Source: Nitrospirales bacterium
GTDB lineage: Bacteria > Nitrospirota > Nitrospiria > Nitrospirales > UBA8639
Direction: 5' to 3'
Assembly (NCBI GenBank): GCA_965203295.1
Contig: CBDBCZ010000005.1
Location: 1 to 64,000 of the forward strand
DNA length: 64,000 nucleotides
Shown: positions 54,079 through 64,000 of the stretch, one piece after another
Layout: every line of letters starts with the position of its first letter
How positions within the stretch are numbered: the first letter of the stretch is position 1
Notes under the pieces: generated by a model
Told to the model about the DNA's origin: nothing
Seen by the model: the letters and a program-made list of their open reading frames with translations, nothing else
The model's database searches: none
Made by a program: the position numbers and the translations under genes

Positions 54079-56147
54079 TTTATACCAAAACATGAACCAA
54101 TGATCCAGTTCTGGTAAAGGTACACACCCCATCACACCGCTTGAAATTTGGGACCAGCTGGGACCAGGACCTTCTAAATACTACTCAGATGCTCTCACCA
54201 CTGAGCTACTGGAGCCCCTTGGCAGAGGAGTAGTAGGCAAGCTGTATATAGCCACTAAACTTGCTAGTAGCGCTTGCCAGTAGGACCCAGCCAATTCCGA
54301 CTGTAATTACTCTCTCAATAGGCCTCTCATGTAACTGACTTCATACCAGAGGGAGGGTCATAGGTCAAAGCTAGTTAGATGTGCTCTTTGTGACAAACGA
54401 GTTAATTGAGAACACCAGACTCTCCTGGAGGGGGAGAAGTCTCGCGCCCAGACCGTCACTCCTCCCCCTCGCTGAGACGATCTGGCAACCCAACTCCAAA
54501 TGGTTATTTCAATGGCTGTGATGTGTGCAGAGTAATGAGCTGTTTAATTGAGGTAGAAGTAGAGAAGTAGTTCAGGCTTCAAATCTGTAGAAGAACTTAC
54601 CCCTGTCTCTACAAGGATCGTTTATACACAAATTTTGACTGAAAACTAGCCACAGTACTGTACAGAATGACAACATGAACAAGGTACGGTAACTTGCCTT
54701 TCAAAGCTCATACTGTGAGTTGCTCTTTTCATAAGCCCTGCTTTCGATGACATTACGGCAATCTAACCTTCCAACCTGCATAAAGAACAGTATCTATAGC
54801 CAGCTGATTCAAACGGCTGCCTAACTCTGCCCAAAAACTCTAACACTGCTAGTTTCTTCGACCGTAATAGTATTCTTTTGCGTAATAATACTGCACTCAT
54901 TATCTCTGCCTGGAATGCAAGTGGGTGAAACTACCTTTTGGACTTGGGTCACCAAACCGTTTCAGTAAGGGGGCGGAGTGACGGTCTGGGTATGAGACTA
55001 GGCAGGGAGGGTGTAGAGGTCTGGGTATGAGAGTGGAGGTCTGGGTATGAGAGTGGAGGTCTGGGTATGAGAGTGGAGGTCTGGGTATGAGAGTGGAGGT
55101 CTGGGTATGAGAGTGGAGGTCTGGGTATGAGAGTGGAGGTCTGGGTATGAGAGTGGAGGTCTGGGTATGAGACTACTGCATTTTCCCATGCAGCAGAGCT
55201 GGCTATCCAGTGAGCCGTGCAGCCACTATTGCTGCAGCAGCCGTGAGGCACTCCAGTAGTGCGGTGGCAGAGACCAAGCACAGCAGATCTCAGATTGGAG
55301 CAGCCCCTAATAATGTGAGCCTGCAAGAGATGTGCATCTGAGATGTACAGTTTATGGAGTAAAGCCCACTGCACTAATTGGTGGGTGAGTGATTAATTAT
55401 GCTCTTCTGAAAGGAGGCAGTCACTTCTTGAATCAAACCTATTAACTAGTTGTAGTTTTGGTTTGCTGTAGCAAGGTTTATGAAAGCTGCTGTAACCTAG
55501 TGAGATGGTTTGTCTTGATGCTATCAATGGGGTGTTACTAGCTCTTACATCTGGCCACAGGGCAGTTCTGCTGTATTGACAAACACATAAACAGTTACTC
55601 TAAGTGAAAGTTGCAGTTTTCTTTCGCCATACAATTTAATTATTGTTACTGCATGTCCTTTATAATTATGTAAGAATGCTGGAATAATAATTATTCACTG
55701 CATGTCCAAAGTATTCTGTTGCAGGATGTGTTCAAGGGAGTAGATTATTCTACGAATGATTCAATAAACATCTATAACAATACATAATAATAATCTTTAG
55801 TATAGCTGTTCGGTATAATAATATTATTACAAGGTGACAAGGATATCAACAAAGTATAGGGAACATATAATATTATGGCATTATATGGCTGGTCACAAGC
55901 TGTATCACTTCAGTGGTAACTGTTTCTAGTTTGTGCTAATGGCTGGCCCCAAGTTGTATCACTTCATAGACCCCTGAAGTGACTGGGTCTCGTTTGCGTT
56001 AATGACTGGCCCCAAGATGTATCACTTTTTTGGCCCTGTGGTGACTGTTGGTCGTTTGTGTCAATCCCGGCTTGGCATTAATTTGTATTTCTTCATAGCT
56101 CTACCTCTGTGGTGACCGTTTTGTTTAATGGCTTGGCCCAAATTCGA

Positions 56148-56460
56148 GATTGCGTTAATGTTTCGCAATTGCGTTAATGTTTCGCGATTGCGTTAATGTT
56201 TCGCGATTGCGTTAATGCAAGTTTCTCGAGTGCGTTAATGGCTGCCCTCATTGCGCTATGGCTGTCCCTAAGTTATATCATACTTCATAGGCCCCTGTGG
56301 TGACTGATTCTTGTCCGCGTTCAAGCGATTGTGTTTGTTTCGAGTTTGCGTTAGTGTTTCGCGATTGCGTTAATGTTTCGCGACTGCGTTAGTGTTTCGC
56401 GATTGCGCTTATGTTTCGCGACTGCGTTAGTGTTTCGCGATTGCGTTAATGCAAGTTTCT
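56148..56460. repeat. 19-bp tandem repeat (gattgcgttaatgtttcgc)
   Basis: Two visible clusters inside a larger repetitive block ~55870-56630. Confidence 0.85.
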
Positions 56461-56786
56461 CGAGGGAGTTAATGGCTGCCCTCAAGTTTGTGACTGTTTC
56501 TGAATTGCGCTACGGCTGTCCCTAAGTTATATCATACATAATAGGCCCCTGTGTTGACTGATTTTTGTTCGCGTTGAAGGCTTGCCTTAAATTCAAGCGA
56601 TTGTGTTGGTTTCGAGATTGCGTAAACGACTCCGAAGTGTACTGGCAAGCGGAAACTATTGGCAAGGAAGTACATGTGAGAGAGTAATTACAGTTGGAAT
56701 TGGCTGGGTCCTACTGGCAAGTGCTACGAGCGGGTTTAGTGGCTATATAAGTCTTAAAGCTTGCCTACTGCTCCACTGCCAAAGGG

Positions 56787-56861
56787 GCTCCAGTAGCTCA
56801 ATTGGTAAGAGCATCTGACTAGTATTCAGAAAATCTTGGGTTCAATCCCCAGCTGGGTCCC
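56787..56861 (+). tRNA. tRNA-Thr(AGT)-like pseudogene within an interspersed repeat
   Basis: A box tagctcaattgg, anticodon arm tctga-ctagtat-tcaga, T arm ttggg-ttcaatc-cccag, mismatched acceptor stem, T5 downstream. Reverse copies with the same upstream flank at ~54145-54320 and ~27975-28110. Confidence 0.65.
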
Positions 56862-59838
56862 AATTTTTCGAGATTTCTTTACTCTCTCAGAAAGCTTATC
56901 TTCTCATAGAAGTTTGCAATGTAGTATACATGTACTATATACAATGTCACGTGTACACAGCTTGTCAATGAATGTTTGGCCATGCAGCCATTAACAGAAT
57001 GGTTTATGAAGTACCCTTGCTTTCACTGCTGAATGTCTGTTTCGAAACCGTGTCTTACTCATCCTACTCAAGCAGTATATGGACTCGCACCCCCACTCAC
57101 CTTTTGAGGTTCTTCCTTTGCCACTGCTGACTCTAAGTACAATGACAATACTTTGCGCACGCGCGCCACAGGAAGAGAAGCGTGCGCCGCCATAACGATT
57201 GCGCGCGCCGCTCAAGGAAGTTTCTCGTTTGCGTTAGTTTCGCAATTGCGTTGGTTTCGCGTTTGCGTTCCTACACGGGGCCCCGAGAGGGGTCTAGAAA
57301 TCAAGTGCCACGTACGGGTACGGATCCACGGATCGGAAGTTGCTAGCGAATGCCACTGATCCATGCTGCTGCGAGGGTACAACTCCAGCTAGTCCAGTCC
57401 ACGTGGTGTCGACCTCAACGGCACCATGATTTTGCTCTGACACTGCACCCTGGGGGGCTTGCATGCTGGCAGCTAAAAGGAAGCCTTGTCTTCGATGCGC
57501 TGACAACAGAGCAAGGTATGAGCATACTCTATAATAACTATTTATCTAGTATAAGGGTCGTTACTAGATAAGAATGCAAAATTTATATCACAAGTTACGC
57601 ACAGCCATTGCCTATTCGCCGTACTTGTACGGGCATCTTGCAACTTACATGCACTTCAACACGTGTTCTGTATTCGGCAAACAGCATAATGAATGTGAGT
57701 AAGCTTATCTTAATTGCTGTAGCGTATGCAATCATAGAGCTAGCTAGTCAAAAGGTGTATATCCATATCTCTAGTGTCACTGAGCATTTTTAGGATGTTC
57801 CTAAAATGCTCAGTGATACTGACACATGGTGTAACATTTGGTGTTGCCACTACTTGTAACTCAGCAGCAGTGACAATACTTGTCCAGCACACTACACGTG
57901 ATTCCTATAGTCTACTAATTAGTATGGGACAATAGGTACAATGCATGCGACAATCACGCACACGATATAAACTGCCAGGGCTTGTTTTGTGTCATCTCCA
58001 TTTCTTCTAGGTTTCTAGCAGAGACATACCCCACGCTCCTGAACCCTGCAGACTGTAACACTGTATACGAACTGTAGGCATGGCTGATTGCCGTAGTAAT
58101 GATACGAGTGTTTCTCTACGTATTACCCAGTAAGCTTTCTATCTGAGTATTTCTTCTAAGCTCAATGTTGAAGATAAGACTTGTATACTATACGCGAGGG
58201 CTCACGTATGTCCCTATTCAAGACCAATTGCCGTATAAAAAAATGTTAAAACACACCGATAATCAGAAAAAGCGTGGAAGCGCTGAGAATAAAACCGCTT
58301 TCTACTACCATAGACTCGGGTTATTAGCGCATGCGTGTATAAGTCTGAGCGGCAAGGAAATTATGCACTTAACAAAAAGTGTGTGCTTATAAAAGATCGA
58401 TTTCTAGCACCGCCCATTAGTCCCGCCCACTTATCGCAACTCGATCTATGGCTAGCTAGCTATCATGGCAAGGGGGGAAGACGCGATCTTGATTCACGAA
58501 AGTATCATTCTAGGGCACCACGTGTACAATATCGTCTCCGTGTTCAACGATTGGACACCTGGTACAAATCATCGTCTCGATATAGTGGTTGACAACAGTC
58601 AGGTTAAACTCTCTTGCATAGCTTTCCTCTTAGCCTTTCCCGATCCGTTCGAGGAAAGGACAGAAGCACCAGCAGCAGTAGCCATACTTAGCATGTAGTC
58701 TACGTGTACCTGGTTGAAACATGTAAAGGAGAAAAAGTTAAATCATTGTGTGTTAGACCTCCTTGTTTTATTATGTAGGCGAAACCCCTCAATAAAAGTA
58801 CATTGTAATGAATTACAGACTGTGACACTGTGGGTAGATGTACATGTGTAGGAACATGTATACCACTGTTGAGAGTTAAACTCCGAACACTGTAGGAATC
58901 TGACAGAGCTATAGTCTACTCTCTTGCTCTGGACCACGCACTGTGTATGTACATATATAGTACAACCTATATTTAATGTGTGCAAAACTGTTGTATCAGT
59001 GCTTCCACTAATAAGCTACTTATCGTTCAAACTAGTGCACATGCACTTAATGTGTAATTCATAGTTTTGAGCATACGTACATGTAGTAGAGTGGTCCTTC
59101 TCACTTCATGGTCACACAAGCTAATCACTCTAAGACTTTCAACACTTCTCCTTTTTCAAAGACAACGACCTTTTCATGTTACATTTATACAAACATTCTT
59201 ACAGAAGGAGTGTTTCAGCAATGGCAAGCGTGTGATTTTCAAAACATTAAATATTTATACTTGGGAGAGTATATTATACACCTATTGCCCAGCCAATACT
59301 GGCTGCAGTCAGACTCTTCAGTGTCTATACGTACATTTATTACCTCTTCGGATTGTGGCAGTAATTTGCATGTAATTCTAATAGCTGCATTCAGGAGTGC
59401 AGCTCATACACTCCTGAAGACACATCCTCAAGGACTACAGTGAATGCACTGCCACATCAGTGTAGAATTACTTTTCCTAGTATATTAATACCCACAAATA
59501 CATGTAGGTGCTCAGTATTCCTGAAATCTTTTTCAGGGGCTGATGATAAATTTAAACTTTGATCATACATGTAGGTATGCTTATGGATAATACTATTTAC
59601 TGCTGCAGTTTATGCTAGCCTTGCTGCCAGGCCGCCACCCAGCTTTTACATGTACTTTTGCCATTTCCAGTACTTGATCCTGTTCTTAACCTTTTCATTC
59701 ACATAGTGTGGTTTTAGAGATACAGGTTTGTAGACCAAATATGTACAATACGTCATTTGCTGTAGTTGTGTACCCCACTGTATATATGTCCTTGTGTATC
59801 TCTGTAATTATCATACTGTATGCACTATGTTCCTGCAG

Positions 59839-59981
59839 ATTGCCTATTGACACGGCTACAGGAGAGCCTGTGTATGCTGAGGCATCAGTGAAAGGGAAGA
59901 AGAAGGAAGCAGTTGTACTGTGTGCCCTGAATGCCTGCAGGCTCCTTGACTCACAAGGAATGCTCAGGAGGCCCAGCCAAG
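59839..59981 (+). pseudogene. SLC4A1AP: Orphan exon of kanadaptin (dsRBD-like region)
   Basis: cag|..|gt exon LPIDTATGEPVYAEASVKGKKKEAVVLCALNACRLLDSQGMLR, similar to recalled [43 protein letters not shown]; adjacent exons not seen. Confidence 0.7.
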
Positions 59982-60887
59982 GTGATATATACATGTACAC
60001 TTGTAAAAGAGAGTTTAGTAAATTACCCACATGTATTTACACTGACTGTGTACCAAAGTTGAATGAGAACCGTTGCAGTTTATTTGAATTTTTAGGTATT
60101 GGCCAATCAAATTGCTAATAATTATGCTTGATATCATGGATAAAGGGTGGATAAATTGCTTGTTGTAACATACGTAAATGTGTAGGACGGAGCCTGCTCT
60201 TTAGCTGAAATGGCACAATCAGCGTGTCCAGTGATTAAATCATTGAATAAGTAGTAATGTATTTCCCTCTCTACGTAAGCATATTGGAAATGCACCATTA
60301 AAACATACTAATGGTTTTGAAGCCAGAGTGCCATGAGCTTCAAGAATCATGCAGTTGCATGTTTTGTCACCCTCAGGAGACTATACTTGTGGTACAAATA
60401 CCATGCATACACTCAAATTAGTTGCTTCCTGACTAAAATATGTACATATGTCATACAACATGACATGTTTCTTTGGCATGTTCCAGGTGGTTCTGTGCAA
60501 TTAGTCTCGTGCCCAGACACCCGCACCTTCCCAGCAAAAAGTGTTTATAGCAGGTAGCTTGATTTGAATTTCTTGTTTCATAATACCTTAGTGATCTGGA
60601 TTTCAAAGCACGAATCAAATTAGGAAAACATAATTAAACGTGTGTGATATCACCAAGCGTGCGTAGTTAAAAAAAAAACAAGCTACCGGCTACCGTCAAA
60701 AAACGTAATATATACAACACCACCTAGTGTAACTTTCCAACTTCGAAAAGGATGGTTTTGCTGCAGTCTGTACCACAACCAGAGCAGCAAGTTCAAAATC
60801 CGGGTTGGCCAGTGCAAGTCAAACACGTACCACAGCATAACTAGACATGCTCTTATTGCTAGCTGATCATGTTTCTGGAACATCGCT

Positions 60888-61030
60888 GACAGCACAAAGG
60901 TACAGCCTCCTTACAGAAAGTCAGTCAGCACGAAGGTACGGCCTCCTTACAGACAGTCAGTCAGCACGAAGGTACAGCCTCCTTACAGAAAGTCAGTCAG
61001 CATGAAGGTACAGCCTCCTTACAGAAAGTA
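60888..61030. repeat. ~36-bp tandem repeat inside a TAG..CTA element
   Basis: cagcacgaaggtacagcctccttacagaaagtcagt repeated about four times. Confidence 0.85.
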
Positions 61031-64000
61031 CAACAAGGAACAGCTAGTCATTTTCTGATCATTGTATTTTTAGCATGCAAACACCTTTCAATTATTAACA
61101 CTTATATTCACAAAACATGCCTCTGTGACAAGAATTTAGCTACCAGACATTTTTGCCGGGAGGGTGTGGGTGTCTGGGTACGAGACTACTGTGCAATATC
61201 ACAGTGATCACACCAATTTGACATAATTAACTACTTTGTGGTACAACTACAATACTCATGAGTTAGTGTAATATCATGGAGTACGGTAGTACTCCATATG
61301 TAGGGATGGCACGGGAAAAAAATGGCGGCCCCATATCACGCGTACAAAGTCATACGTTCAGAACTCGGCTCTGATTATAGTCATAGGCTTTTATGAGTCA
61401 TACCATGACATCTCGAGTGTTTTCAACAGCAACAAGACTGTTAGCGTTGCTAGAAAGCTTCGCTGGAGTACCAAACCGGCAAGTCGACACACTGGGTGGG
61501 AGGGGCGTATTAGTCAACTTTCTTTCTTTCTTTCTTTCTTCTTCAGCCAGGCTAGCGCAATGATGGCTTAAGCGATCACAATAATTCAAGCGCGAACAAA
61601 CTGGATATTCTCTGGGGTATTGCACCCGTAGCATAACTTTATCAAAGAAATCAAATAGGTTCAGCAGTGATTTACGAGTAGTCTCGAGTGGAGGCTCGCC
61701 GTTCCACGCCATTTAATGACTACTGTTCCGTTCCGTTTCGGGTTTTAGTACTGCCCCATTTAATGACTTTACGTGAACGCCTACCTTTGATCGCGTAGCT
61801 GTCCGAGCCAGTACTGCATCTCCTGGTTAATCACTGCGTAAGTCACGCGAACTTTTAGCTAGAATACTCACATGGTTGAGTATCTGTTGGTTGGCCCAAG
61901 TCCAAACGGCTTCTGGCCAGAGGTACTGTTTTAAGAATGGGATGATTAGTATGGCAGCTAAGTGAGGGGTTGTCGGAATGGTGGAGTGGTCTGGAAATGC
62001 TAAGCCTTTCTGTCTGTCTTTGTTATCTATCGTGAGCGACTGTTGTTGGCTTGCTATGAATACAAACACGGGCAGATAAGTCAATTGGAAGTGAGGCTTA
62101 TCACATCTGGACAACCCCTACAGTCTGGATACCCCCTCACTTACTCTTCTGGAGGGGGCAGGCACTTAGAAACTGCAATACATATCGTTGTCCTTGTTGA
62201 TAATTTGCATTTCATTTTCATGGTGTACAGTACTATTCCATATGTAGTGATGGCTCTGAAAAAAGGCATCCCCTTTAAATGTGTACAAAATAATATACTC
62301 AGAACTCGATCTGCTGTAGGTGTAGTCTATGGCTAATATGAGCCTTAGCTAGCTACCACTTATTCACGTGCGTTGTTTTCAATGAAACTCTGATCAGTTT
62401 AGCAGTGATAACGAGCACTCTCGAGTGGACGCTTACCACTCACGCACCATTGTATTGTGGGATACGACATGCGCAGACTGCCTGCCTGCCCTTGATTTGT
62501 GCTGTTCGGTCCTTTTGCTCTCGAGTGGAAGTGTGAAAGTGCATGAATTCAAGGTTCTCTTATTCATTTCATGTGTGCTGGTTTTGGAATTGCGATGTGC
62601 TTAGCATGTAGAGGAACAAAAGGGCCCAGAATAAATGGTACATTCAAAAAACACTTTCCCAAAAACCAATGAAACAAGGCTTGTTTCATTGGTTCACACT
62701 GCCACTAACACGCACAACAAAGTTGACAACCAATTACCCAACACACCCACATAGACCTCCCCTACAGAGAACCTGCACACACAAACATCTCACAACTTCT
62801 TACCACTCTACCATGTATAACAATGCAAACATTCAGTTCCTATATAAACACCGTAATGACTCCCTCTCAATGACTCATTAGTCCAACATGTACACAATCA
62901 ACACTTTCAGCTATATGCCTTCCAACATACTCACTCATACACAACACACACAACAAATTAAACCACCACTATTCACATCTCACGTAGTACACAATTGTGG
63001 TGGGTGTGGTTGGAAAGATGTAGGGATGGTAGCTACGCGGTAAATGTGTGGGTAGTCTGTGCATGCATTACGGTGTGCACTGTCGCTTGTTTCATTGGTT
63101 TTTGGGAAAGTGTTTTTTGGTGGAAGTGCATCCCTACATGTCTTGTTTTTGCACTTTTTGGCAAAGTGCTTTATGTTTAGGGACATGCCTTCACATTGTA
63201 TATCCATAACAGTTGGTTGTTGGGTATAATCCATGCATAAACATCTTTCTCGCCTTCTCTGTGGGATATTAAATGTAGCAAATTCGTAGTTCTCAATTCA
63301 GGAAATGGTAGGCCCACATGCTGGGTTGATAATGAAATGTCTGAGTGTTGGAGTTTCATTTTGTAGCAGTTTTCTGTGCAGCATCGGTCCAGTCCATAAC
63401 TGCCCAGGAGAAGATGAGCATTGAAGGTTATTACGGTTATTATGGTGAACCAGGTCTTGTTTGAGTGATAGACCATTGCTTCCAACTGAGCATGGAGGTG
63501 AAGATCCATGTAAGGTACAATGGAGTTGTGACCACTAATTAAAACCAGCTTCTTTGACACCATAGTTCTCGTGTTTCTGGATTGTAAAGTATTACATCAG
63601 CATCTCTCTCACCCACCCGTGGCTCTGCTCACCTGCTATACATAACTTGGCAACATGCTCACAAGTTAAGCTGTACACGTACGTACATGTACGTAACTGC
63701 TTGATGGCTGTTCACTGCTGATTGCTAATACGCTACAATGCTCAACGACCACTTACTGATAAGTATTACACTGAATGACCATCCAACTAAGGGAGCAGAA
63801 ACAGAACTACAATCTGCCACACTGCAGGTTAAAATTCTATTTGAATTGTAGTTAACACTTTGTTGGTCATAACTGTGTTCAATTAGCCTTGAACTCGGGC
63901 TTTCGATCTACAGTTTTTTTTGGCAGATGTTTTTGTTCCATTTCTTTTAAAAACCTGCACGGAAGACCTGGGTTCAAGGCTAGTGTTCATTCTCTCTCTT

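Overview
Repeat-rich, intron-containing animal genomic DNA. Repeat and intron style suggest an early-branching metazoan such as a demosponge, but this is inference only. Main discovery: 30-54 kb holds a dispersed cluster of about nine snRNA-like units. Each has a shared promoter (ATTCATGTGYCCTAAT box, then AAACCCACAAGTGTTTTGAGCAAGTGCT, then TATATAA), a unit-specific 5' segment, an Sm site (AATTTTTGG) and a 3' hairpin (typically GGCTTC-loop-GAAGCC). This U7/U7smOPT-like layout with variable 'guides' matches no standard spliceosomal snRNA I can recognise. Also present: an intact 3-exon, two-module metallothionein gene with TATA, three MREs and a CRE; an intronless DED-domain gene broken by three repeat-slippage frameshifts; a head-to-head pair of paralogous unknown helical-protein genes; orphan + strand exons of ATR, NAA15/16, MRPL22 and SLC4A1AP; a segmental duplication carrying a ~93-bp satellite and two reciprocal micro-inversions; and many transposon relics. 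All alignments and folds were done by eye; no searches were run.
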